NCBI RefSeq assembly: GCF_009914755.1
Contig: NC_060944.1
Source: the human T2T-CHM13v2.0 reference genome, Homo sapiens
Direction: 5' to 3' (one strand)
DNA length: 64,000 nt
In this document: in pieces, positions 1 through 11,299 of the stretch
Layout: each line of letters opens with the position of its first letter
Position numbering within the stretch: the stretch's first letter is position 1
Position numbers and translations under genes: made by a program
The notes under the pieces: generated by a model
Database searches by the model: none
What the model was told of the DNA's origin: nothing
Seen by the model: only the letters and a program-made list of their open reading frames with translations

Positions 1-129
1 ACTTGAGTGTCCCTGCCCCGGCAGAGCTCTGTTTTAACCATTTCATAAGCAACAGCTTCCCATGTGCCAGGAAGACTTTATTTTTTCAATTCAAAAGAGC
101 ACCTAACATTTCTCGAAAGCTGCCTATGC

Positions 130-290
130 CCTATACATTATCTCCTTTAATCCTTACAGTAACACCATGAGAGAAATTTCCTTCTGATTTTATAGAAGTC
201 ATAACTGATATTCCCAAGAAATTAAATGATGTACCCGTTGGCAGATGGCTGACAATTTGGAAACTCTACATTTGCACCTAAGACTATCTA
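130..290 (-). mobile_element. MIR SINE fragment
   Basis: Diverged match to reverse MIR core (ttatctcctttaatccttacagtaacaccatgaga...ttttatagaag). Confidence 0.6.
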
Positions 291-544
291 CCACCAATTT
301 TCTTATTAATGATTTTTATTCTACCTGCAGTCCCTAATACTTCTTTACTCTACCGTAGCACATTTGTCAGGAGATACCTGCATTCCTGTGTGTGAACATT
401 TTACCATTATTCACTTTATGGGCTATGGGAATGTCATGACTGTTCTGGGCCACTGATTACACATCTCTAAAATGAAGACAGTAACAGTTTACTCATTGGA
501 TTGTCTCAAGATTAAATAAGGACATACATAAAGTGTTTATCAGA

Positions 545-1240
545 ACACATGAGAAGATGTTCAACTTCTGTATTAATTAGGAAGATGAGATGCCATTTTT
601 GGCTCATTAGACTGGCAGAAATGAAAACTTTTTTTGTAATATTAAGTGTCAAAAAAGATAGAGGAAATAGACACTCTTCTATCACTGGCAGAAACCAGAG
701 ATTTAAGTTGGTAGAGCCACTGAGGAGATCAATTTGGCAAGACCTATATCTAAAGCACTACTTCTAGATAGACAGCTATCAAGAGCATTTTTTTGCAATT
801 GCTAAATATTATAACCAACCTAAATGTCTATTGATGAACTAATGACTGAATAACCATGATATATCTCTTGTGTGAAAGATAATATCATGTAATAAAAAGA
901 ATTGGGTAAATATGTAGTAACTAAGTTGAAAATTTCTCTAAGAAGTAGAGACAAGTGGAAAAAAAAAACCCTAAGTTTTAGAATATTATCAAATGTCACT
1001 TAGGTCAAAGAAAAAACTCGAAAATGACAATAGGTTTTACAGATATATATACGTGTTGGAAGTGCATTGGATGAAGCCTGCAAATATATACATTACACTG
1101 TTAAGAGCAGTATTCTGGAATGGTGGAGAACAGCCACGAGTTTAAATGGACATAGTATTACCTGATGTTATAAATTTTACAAAGTGAATATATTCATATA
1201 TGATTTGTACACTTATAAAGGTAAAATAATAACAATAAAT
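545..1240 (+). mobile_element. Ancient L1 (L1ME-like) 3' region
   Basis: catgagaagatgttcaactt, ttagactggcag and aacctaaatgtctattga motifs of old L1 3' ends. Confidence 0.7.
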
Positions 1241-1319
1241 GCAGTTATAATCTGTCAGGTGTTGACTCTGAATCTTCATTTTCTTTCAAATAAAATTATT
1301 CATTTAGAAAACAAACTTA

Positions 1320-1500
1320 TTGTGTGTCTACTCTGATTTACTTTCATATGACATCTTTCAACAGAATTTTTTCACTGAAAGGGAAATTATGTTTTTATTT
1401 TGCTGATGATGAAAGTGAGGTTTGGCTTAAGTGACTTGCTCAGTTAGTAAGGCACAGAGCCAGGATTGAAAACCAGCTGTTTGCCTCCAAGTTCAGTTCT
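1320..1500 (-). mobile_element. MIR
   Basis: gatgatgaaagtgaggtttggcttaagtgacttgctcag...agagccaggattgaa. Confidence 0.7.
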
Positions 1501-1502
1501 CT

Positions 1503-1680
1503 TTCAATTAATCCAGCAAGTCTTTACTGAGCACTGTGTATGTCCCAAGCTCCATACTAGGTATTGGGGATGCAACAGGAGACAGGATAGACGTGCTCCC
1601 TGTTTTCATGGCATCACGGTCCAGCGAGAAAAGCAGACAGAGCAACATGTACTTACAATGCAGTGTGCAGTGCTTAGATT
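1503..1680 (-). mobile_element. L2 3' end
   Basis: tttactgagcactgtgtatgtcccaagc...ctaggtattggggatgca. Confidence 0.7.
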
Positions 1681-1834
1681 TCACGGGTAATGGCTTATTC
1701 TTCACTGACGTCTGAAACAAAGTATGGACGCACAACTAAACAACTAGTTTAGGTCTGATTCATCAGCATAAGGTATACCACCAATGTATCCTGCTGCTCC
1801 AAATATGTTGATTCTCTAATAGATCTCTGAATCA

Positions 1835-2115
1835 ATAGTAATAATGAAGATAGTTATTGAGTATTAACTATGTGTCAGATATCATTCCAACATTTAAATA
1901 TAACAGATGACACATTTAATTCTCATAATATCCCTATTAAGTAAGTTCTATTACAATCTTTATCTTACAGATGTGGAAAGGTGAGGCACAGAGATTATAA
2001 AAAAGAAAAAAAAAACAAAACAAATACACATCTGCTTAAGGCTATGCAGCTAGTAAATGCTAGAACCAGGATTCAACTCAGGGCTGTCTACCTTGCAACC
2101 CTACTCTACACTGCC
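1835..2115 (-). mobile_element. MIR
   Basis: atttaattctcataata...tcttacagatgtggaaaggtgaggcacagag...ccaggattcaactcagg. Confidence 0.75.
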
Positions 2116-3258
2116 TTCCCAACAAAAGGTTCCAAGCTGCTCAGCAGGACACCCCTCTCAAGGTTCCTTTTCCAAGTCTTCTCTGAAATCCGAACATACT
2201 AATAGAGTATCAGATGTCATCCTTGTACAAGAATCAGGAGTAGGTAAAGAGAGAGAGAACAGGTGGGGTCTTTGGGCTAAATCTCATGTCCCCTGTTGGA
2301 AGAAATTAATAGGTCCTAGAAAGAGGGAACTTATTTTTCAGTAAACACAAGCATGTAAAAGCATCTTGACCTCAGCCCCCTAATCAGAGGAGCATCTTGC
2401 TAATTGCCACTAATGTGATTAGCAGAATTAATTGGCCGCTCAGAAATATTACACATCAAGTCACATGGCGATTAATCTATACCAAAATTGGGAACATCAT
2501 TGCTCAGTACAGAGACAGTGAGACAACTGACCTCCAAAGGGAATCCTGATGCTCTCATACATTCCTCTTATGCATCGTGAGTATGTTGTGCATTAGACAA
2601 AGGCAGGGAGATCTTTCTAACCACTCACGGAGGCTGCTTCACTAATAGTAATCTGCCACTTCCAGTCCAGCTAGAACTTCTTCCTGCCCACTCTCCACAT
2701 TGGACACATTCATACTCCCACTCATTTCTCCATGTTGTTTGTGCACTGTAATGTATCCTCCTGAATCTTTGTTGCATTTTGGCAAACTCCTATTCATTTT
2801 CCAACAAGAGGTTCAAATGTCACCAATCCATGCAACTATCACTAATTCTCCCCCTCAGGTATTTCACATTGATTTATGTACAAACTCCTATTTCACTAGC
2901 ACTGTTGGACCACCGTGTGTACACCTACCAGTCTCTTCCATTGGCAATGGGACCTCAGAGTCAGGGATCATGTTGTTCTTAATACTGGATCTTCAGAGCC
3001 TAAGTACAGATCTTGGTATTCAGTAAGACTCAGTAGTTGCTGAATAGTTGACTCTGTATCTCCAGACTAGGCGTGGGGCTGAGTACACACTAACTGTGGT
3101 TCCTAGGCTTGAGGGTATAGACTTAGGAAATATGCAGATTGAATCACCAGGGAATTATGTGAAAATAACCCTGTTGCTCCTACCATGTGTTTCTGATCTT
3201 GGTGAATTACAAAAGTGGAGGATCACCATCACTTTTTTTTTTTTTTTTTGTGGTAATC

Positions 3259-3295
3259 GCAGGGTTGGGCCTGGTTAGTACTTGAATGGGAAACC
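3259..3295 (+). pseudogene. 5S rRNA internal fragment inside a small TSD-flanked retro-insertion
   Basis: gcagggttgggcctggttagtacttgaatgggaaacc vs 5S rRNA GCAGGGTCGGGCCTGGTTAGTACTTGGATGGGAGACC (3 mismatches in 37 nt). Confidence 0.85.
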
Positions 3296-3399
3296 ATCAC
3301 TTTCTTGATCTCTCATTGCTTAAATAAATGATCAATTTATCAATGTCCTTAATTGTGATCTAATCTGCCCTCTCCCCACTAGACTTGTCTTAGTCTAGG

Positions 3400-4990
3400 T
3401 TTCACATTTCTCATCAGACACAGATACCTGGAGAAAGCATCAAACATGAAAGATAGAGATCAAAACAAACAAGCAGAACAAAGCAATTTGGAGGGACTTG
3501 TTGACAACTAAAAAAAAAACCCACATGCATTTAAAAAAAAAAACAAACTATTACTAACATCCCCAGAGAGATAACAGACCATATTGCAAAACTGTGAACA
3601 AAATATTAGAAACCAAGGAACATTCAGAAAACAATAAAAAGCTCTTGGAAATTAAAAATAGGACACTATATATTAGAAGCCAATAAAAGGGTTAGAGGAT
3701 GAAGCTGAGGAAATCTCTTGAAAGGCAGAGCAAAACATCCGAAGATTTGGACAATAACAAAAGTGTGGGTATTACAGAACCAATCCAACAGTTCCAACAT
3801 CCAAATACTAAAGTTCCAGAAAAAGAAAGCAGAGAAAATGAAGGGAGAGAATAACCAACAAAACAGGTCAACAAAATTCCCTAGATGTGAAGAATGAGTA
3901 TTTCCAGAGTGAAACAGCCCACCATGTGCTCAACCAAATAAATGGATAAAAATTAATCCACATTAAGGTAGATAATGGAGCAATTTTATAATGATGAGAC
4001 ACTGATCATGTCATACAAGTTTGGACAGGGAATTGGGAAAAATTCATACTTAGGAATCAGAATGGCTTTAGCTTTCTCAAAAGTCACACTGGATGCTGGG
4101 ATGTAATAGAACAGCACCTTCAAAGTAGTAAAGGAAAGTTATTTCCAGTCAAATTCTTCCCTGAGTGTGAGAGTCAATGACGGAAGGTCTTCACATGCTG
4201 ACCTGCTGTGAACACTTTCTTAGGAAGCTACTAAAGAAAGTGCACCTCCAAGACAAGGCAGGAAAAAAAGAAAAAAAAGAAGTGAGGATGGAGTTATTGG
4301 CAATAGGAGCAGGAATACAGCAGGAGTAAAGCATAATACCCTTCTTGAAGGTAGAGTGAAAGTGGAGGAAGATCCCAGAGGACGGCACAGAGAGAGCACA
4401 ACACCAGCACAGAGCAAGCCAGCAGCTCTGGGAGAGCTTTCTGTAGGAGGATGAAATTGAAAAAATAACTGAAGCATCTGAATATCTTGAGTAGAGCTTT
4501 AGATAATTGGCAAAGTGTTGGGGCTGAATTAGTAATAAAAACATAAAAATGAAGCAAACAAACCATAAACAAGTCAAATATTAGCTTCAGGGAAAACATA
4601 ATAGTTGTGCAGGAAGGGAAAATAATCATAATTTACTGCATGGTTCAGTTTTGAATAGCATTTACATAGTCAAAATAGTGTAAACATTGAATGTTGATCT
4701 AGCCAAAATTAGGATATAACTTTATCGGGAGGATGGGGAAGGTAGGTGGAAGGGATGCCTGTATGAGTGATGGGTGGGGAGTACAGGGAAAGCAAAACCA
4801 TTAATAGATAATGGTACAGTGGAAAAGTCACAAGTACCAATAAAGGTAGCTAATTCAGAAATATGTTTTGCATAATTATAACCAGGTGAAAAGTGTTTGC
4901 AACTGGGTGAGAGAAGTTGGAGTCTACACTTGCTCCTATCATATGCCAAAGAACAATTTGATGATTTAAACTATGCGCACATAGAACTTG
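3400..4990 (+). mobile_element. HAL1 (half-L1) element, decayed ORF1-like region plus 3' part
   Basis: aacattcagaaaacaataaaaagctcttggaaattaaaaat, ccaacatccaaatactaaagttccagaaa, ggaatcagaatggc...ttctcaa, ttcttaggaagctact match recalled HAL1 consensus. Confidence 0.75.
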
Positions 4991-5029
4991 GATAGATTTT
5001 TAAAAATATAAAAAAATATACAATGTGAT

Positions 5030-6718
5030 GTCAACACCCCATAGGTTAATTCCAATTTAATGTGATGCCAATAAAAACACCAACAAGATAATTCTAAATT
5101 TTATGTGAAAAATGAACAACCAACAATATTAGACAACTGAAAATGATGAGCATTACATGGGGTGAAGGCGGGTGTTGGGGGTAGATTAGCTATCTATGAT
5201 ATTCAAGCATACTTTACATTTCAGTAAATAAAACTGTATAATTCCAGTATGCTAGTAGACAAAGGAATACAGTCAAAACTTAGAAGTAGACAAAATTACA
5301 GCATGGATTTAGGATATAATAAAGGTGGAATATAAATCAGTAGGAAAAGAGATACACTAGTATCTAGTACTAGTGTACTAGTAAATAGTAAATAAGTATT
5401 TACTAGTAAATACTAATACTAGTAAATAAAGCTGAGTAGCCATATAGGAAAAAAAATGCAGCTGGAACTATAGCTCACACAAAGGTAAACTTTAGATGGA
5501 GCAAATAATCAAAAGTTTAATGGAAAAGATGAACCTATAAAAATAACAAGAGAGGCTACTATTTATTTATACACTTGGAGAGAAGGAAGCCCAGTGTGAT
5601 ACAAAACCCATAAAAGGAAAGATGGATAACATATATTGAATTAAAATTTTAAAATTTTAAAAAATTTTAAATTTAAAATTAAAATTTTAAAAAAATCTGT
5701 GTGGCTAAAATTACTGTAAAACTAAGTGATACGGTTTGGCTGTGTCCCCACCCAAATCTCCTCTTGAATTATAGCTCCCATAATCCCCATGTGTCATGGG
5801 ACGGACCTGATGGGAAAAAATTGAATCATGGGGGTAGGTTTTTCCCATGCTGTTCTCGTAATTGTGAATAAGTCTCACAAGATCTGATGGTTTTATAAAG
5901 GGGCAGTTCCCCTGCACATGCTCTCTTGCCTGCCACAAGGTAAGTTGTGTCTTTGCTCTTCCTCTGCCATGATTGTGAGGTCTCCCAAGCCATGTGGAAC
6001 TGTAAGTAAATTAAGCCTCTTTCCTTTATAAATTACCCAGTCTTGGGTAGGTCTTTATTAGCAGCATAAGAACAGACTAATTAATATACTATGTCAAAAA
6101 CTTTAAACTGAAAAAAGCATAACTCATAGTTTTCCTAATATAGAAAGAAGTACTACAAATCAGTCAATAAAAAACAAACCTTATTTATTAATAAGCCAAC
6201 AGAAAAACTGGCACAGGAGATAGTTTCCAGGGGGAAAAAAATACAAATGACTCATAAACATTTGAAAAGATGGTCAAATTCCAGACACATAAAATGAAAT
6301 TTTACTGAGATACAATTTTTCACATTTTAGACAGGACAAGTTAAAAATGTATACTTTGTTGTGAGGATGTAGAGGAAACAAGCACTGTTATGTATTTCTG
6401 TAAGAGCTGAGACGTGACACAATCTATGTAGAGAAGATAATTGAACAAATCTATGGAAATTACATCTGCAATTACCTTAGGACAAAGAATTCTACTTCTA
6501 AGAATTTTTCCTACTAATATACTCACACATGCATGAAATAATGTTTATAAGAACAAATGACTGCAAACTACTTATATATCTATTAGCAGGGGACTGTTAA
6601 ATCCACCAAGTTTCATTCATATCATGAAATCATAGCCATTTTAAAAAGCTCTTTATGTAATCAAGTGACTTCCAAGATATATTGAGCAGTGACTAAAAGA
6701 AGGTACTGAACAAGAGGT
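5030..6718 (+). mobile_element. Ancient L1 (L1M) ORF2 end/3' UTR, interrupted by THE1 LTR
   Basis: aatttaatgtgatgccaataaaaacacc, attctaaattttatgtgaaa, aaacatttgaaaagatggtcaa, aattctacttctaagaat. Confidence 0.7.
5727..6088 (+). mobile_element. THE1 (MaLR) solo LTR
   Basis: tgatacggtttggctgtgtccccacccaaatctc...ttataaattacccagtcttgggt...aacagactaa; near-TSD ctaag/ctatg. Confidence 0.95.
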
Positions 6719-8381
6719 CTATAAAAGTTATGTGTACACTATAGTCTATTAAGTGTTCAACAGAATTATGTCTAAAATACATGAACATTACTTACTGAAA
6801 AATACTTTGTTGCTGAAAAATGCTAAGGATCATCTGAGCCTTCAGCAAGTTGTAATCTTTTTGTTGGTGGAGGGTCTTGTCTCGATGTTGATGGCTGCTG
6901 ACTGATCAGCGTGCTGGTTGCTGAATGTTGGAGTGGCTGTGGCAGTTTTTAAAAATAAAACAACAGTGAAGTTTGCGGTATCAATGGACTCTTCCTTTCA
7001 CAGAAGATTACTCTGCAGCATGAGATGCTCTTTGATTGACAGCCTTTTACCCAAATGTAGAACTTCTTTCAAAATTAGAATCAATCCTCTTAAACCATGC
7101 CACTACTTTATCAAGTAAGTTTATATAATTTTCTAAATCCTTTGTTGTCATTTTACCAGTGTTTACAGCATCTTCATCAATAAAAGATTCCATCTCAAGA
7201 AACCACTTTCTTTGCTTGTCCATAAGAAGCAATTCCTCATTTGTTAAAATTTTATCATGAGATTGCATCAATTCAGCTATATCTTCAGGCTTCATATCTA
7301 ATTCTATTTATTTTGCTATTTCCACCACATGTGGAACGACTTCTTCCATTGAAGTCTTGAACCCCTCGAAGTCATCTGTGAGGGTTAGAATCAACTTCTC
7401 CCACACTCCTGTTATTATTAATATCTTGACATTCTCATGAATCATGAATATCCTTAATGGCATCTAGAATGGCGAATCCTTTCCTGAAGGTTTCCCATTT
7501 ATTTTGCCCATATCCATCAGAGGAATCAATATCTATGGCAGCTGTAGACTTACAAAATGTATTTCTTAAATAAGACCCAAAAGTCAAAATGACTTCTTGA
7601 TCCATGGTCTGTAGAATGGATATTGTGTTAGCAGGCATGAAAACAACGTTAATCTTTTTGTACATCTCCATTAGAGCTCTTGAATTACCATGTACATTGT
7701 CCATGGGCAGTAATATTTAGAAATAAATCTTTTATTTCTGAGGAGTTGGTCTCAATAGTGGGCTTAAAATCTTCAGTAAACCCTGCTGTAAACAAATGTG
7801 CTGTCATCCAGGCTTTGTTGTTCCATTTACAGAGCACAGGCAGGGTAGATTTAGCGTAATGTTTAAGAGTCCCAGGATTTTTGGAATGGTAAATAAGCAC
7901 AGTCTTCAACTCAAGAGTCACCAGTTGCATTACCCCCTCACTAGAGAGCAAGTCTGTCCATTGAGGCTTTGAAGCCAGACATTTGTTTCTCTCTAGCTAC
8001 GAAAGTCCTAGATGGCATCTTCTTCCAACTTAAGACTTTTGTCTACACTAAAAATCATCTGTTTAGTCTAGCCACCTTCATCAATTATCTTAGCTACACA
8101 TGCTGAATAACTTGCTACAGCTTCTGCATAAGCATTGGCTGCTTCACCTTACACTTCTGTTATGAAGAAAACTTATTTCCTTAAACCTGATGAGCCAAGC
8201 TCTGCTGGCTCTAAAATTTTCTTCTGCTACTTCCTCACCTCTCTCAGCCTTTATGGAATTGAAGAGAGTTAGGACCTTGCTTTGGATTAGGCTTCGGCTT
8301 AAGGGAATGCTGCGGCTGGTTTGATCTTCTGTCTAGACCACTCAAACTCTCTATGTATCAGCAATATGACTGTTTCACTCC

Positions 8382-9117
8382 TGTTGTCTGGAGCATATCA
8401 CAGATATGTAAGAAAACCCACTGCATGCTAGACTTTGGGTAGACGGGACATTTATTGTCTCAGCACTTGGGAGACTTTCCACTCCTCTCTCAGGAGAGAG
8501 CACAGAGAGTAGCCTGGCTGTTTATGGGAGAATGCAGGCACCAAAAGCCTAGTAAGCAAGTAAGATCACATGGTCTTGCACTCAAGTCTTGTGTAAGCTA
8601 TACATTCCCGAGCTTTTAAGAATAACAGACGTGGGTCTTCTTTTTTTATTTAAAAACATTTTTATTCTTAAGAGAGACAAGGTCTCATTATGTTGCCCAG
8701 GCTGGTCTCGAACTTCTGAGCTCTAGTGATCCTCCTGCCTCAACCTGCCAAAGTGCTAGGCTACTGGTGTGAGCCACTGTGTCTGACCCAGACATGGGTC
8801 TTCTATGGCTGTACACTCCCCAGCTTCGCCTTTAGATCCAAGGCCTGGGCAGAAAACTAGCAGTGCTGTGAAGGAACATACGGCCAGACACCAAGCCAAG
8901 TGCCTCAGGGCTCTGTTTTCCTTCCTGGCTTGCCCATGCACATTTAACTTCTGCCACTTCAGACCTGCCTGGATCCTCAGACCAGGCCCCGTTAAGGTCA
9001 TACCCTTATCTATCCACCTGTGCTGGCAAAGTAAACTCTGCTGGACTTTTACCTTGGAATTCCGTAGTACCGGTCAAGCCACACACCTTTTCCCATGCTT
9101 CTTATATGTGTGAAACA
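8382..9117 (-). mobile_element. LTR-like element, family unassigned
   Basis: TG...CA ends; on the minus strand a CATAAA box, then AATAAA ~65 nt before terminal ACA; the 9117 boundary is uncertain. Confidence 0.5.
8641..8788 (-). mobile_element. FLAM (free left Alu monomer)
   Basis: Single Alu left arm with T-rich tail; TSD cagac(g/a)tgggtcttc at 8626-8640 and 8789-8803. Confidence 0.9.
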
Positions 9118-9954
9118 ATTCTCAGTTACCTGGCAAACAGGAGTTTTTAAACCAGGGGTTCATCAAACCACCCTAGTAGGATTCTGCAAGTCCAGCTAGA
9201 AGCAGCCAGAGCCAGCTGACAGCAGTGTGTGCAGCCCTCCACACAAACGGCCATTTGCCTGCCACCAAAAGCCACTTTTTGCACTCAATGCACACCCACT
9301 CTGGCGAGATTCTTTTTTTCCCAGGTACCATTTTGCTCAACCCACACTTTCAATTCCCCAGCCTATCCTGAGGAAACAAACCTAGGCTTTACTCCCCTAC
9401 CCAGAAAGAGTCTTCTCTTCCTACTCAAACTGAAACACAATGATTTATATCCACATCACATGTTTAATAAAAGAGAACCAATCTTGATTGAAAATCTTTT
9501 GAGAAGTGGTCAGCACTCTCACAATTGGTTGAAGGCACTTGGGCTGGGTCTGGTTAAATCTCTATTCTGGGTTTGACCCTAGGGCAGGTCACATGGAGCT
9601 GGCAATGAAAGACTCCCATAGGCTGTTAGGCCATCTTCACTCACAGAAGTTAGCAACAAGGTCCACAAGAATAGCAACAAGTTAGGAGAAATTAAATGCA
9701 TCTGTATGTTTCTAAGTGTGTGTCTTCATTTCCTGTTTTAGATATTGTTTATATCTCAGATAGACATTTATATGTATATGTGTTTTTTTCTATATTAGTT
9801 TAAATATCTATATCTATAAATAGTTATACATAATATTTCTTATATCTCTTTCAATACATACAAATACATGTATACATAGGTAAACATTCCTGGTGTATTT
9901 GTGTGCTCATTATAGTAGCACTTTTAATTTTCTTCAAGAACTTTCCATTTGCAC

Positions 9955-10386
9955 TGATAAAAGAAAATCTTCAGCCAAATTAAATTTAAAGGTGTTTAAT
10001 TGAGCAATGAACGATTCACAAATCGGGCAAACCCCAGAATTACAGCAGATTCACAGAGACTCCAGCACAGCCACGTGGTGGAAGAAGATTTATACACAAA
10101 AAAGGGGGGAAATAATGTACAGAAATTGAAGGTGAGGTACAGAATGGCTGGATTGGTTACAGCTTGGCGTATGCATTATTTGAACACAGTTTGAACACTC
10201 AGCAGTGTATGATTGGTTGAAGTACGGCCACTGGGATTGGCCAAGACTTAGCTATTGTTACAGCTGCATACTACTAGTTAGGTTTTCAATTCTAACAAAC
10301 AACAGACAAAAAAAGAAAAAAAAAACAAGAAAGAAAGAGAAAGAAATACGGAGTCCTTCTCAGGCCATATTTAATTTCCTTTAACA
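9955..10386 (-). mobile_element. MER57A-type ERV1 solo LTR
   Basis: tttaattgagcaatgaacgattc, ttatttgaacacagtttgaacac, tacggagtccttctcaggccatattta...ttaaca. Confidence 0.85.
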
Positions 10387-11299
10387 GTGTTTCCAACTTA
10401 ACTAACTGCTTTGTGTAAGAGGTCCAGCTTGGTGCCTGTCTGTCTTGGCTTTCAGCATGCCTTCCTCACTAAGCTTAATCACGTCTAGCTTTGGATTTAA
10501 AGTGAGAGACCTGTGACTCTTCCTTTCACTTGAACACTTAGAAGCCATCGTAGGGTAATTAATTGGCCTAATTTCAATATTTTTTTGTTTCGGGGAATAT
10601 GGGGGCCCAGGAGAGGGAGAATGACAGGAGAATGGATGGTCAGTGGACAGTCAGAACACATACAACATTTACCCACTACGTTTGCTCATTGCTAGAAAGG
10701 CAACGTTTGTGCATCCCCAAACAATTACAACATCAAAGATCACTTATTACATATCACTGTCATAGATCTAATAGTAATGAAAACGTTTGAAATATTAAGA
10801 GAATTACTGAAACGTAACACAGAGACATAAAGTTAGCACATGCTGTTAAAAAAAATAGTGCCTTATAGACTTGCTCGATTCAGGGTTGCCACAAACCTTC
10901 AATTTGTAAAAACATACAATATCTATAAAGCTCAATAAAGCAAAGTACAATAAAATGAGGTATGCCTGTGTACACTTTTGTGTGTTTTGAATTTTGAGCC
11001 TCAGAACTCTAACACTTATTTAGAAAATTACATGTTACATTAGCAAAAATCTTGTAAAAATGCTACCTAAGAAGCTCTACAGTAAGTGAAAAGTTCAGAA
11101 AAGTGGAAACTTGCTAACATGGACACCAAGAAATACTAAAATTATTTTCTATATCCTTGTAAGTTCTCTCTTTCCTTAATTAGTCTGAGTGACATAAACT
11201 TTCTATATGTATATGTGATAGAAACACTGTAAAATGAAAAAAATATATATTATTTAGAGACTTTATAGTCACAGAAGGGAATAGATGCATTATTTTCAA

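Larger units (their letters stand above)
6720..10968 (-). mobile_element. Tigger1 DNA transposon, split by insertions (pieces ~6720-8380, ~9897-9954, 10387-10968)
   Basis: TIR gaggtatgcctg at 10957-10968; transposase remnants in minus ORFs 7047-7951 (KSTLPVLCKWNNKAWMTAHLF; [20 protein letters not shown]); left TIR deleted. Confidence 0.95.

Noticed and set aside
3259-3295. Functional 5S rRNA gene
   Set aside because: Only ~37 of ~120 nt are present, with an incomplete internal promoter
7047-7951. Domesticated Tigger (TIGD-like) transposase
   Set aside because: Broken into several frames with stops, and the element is disrupted by insertions
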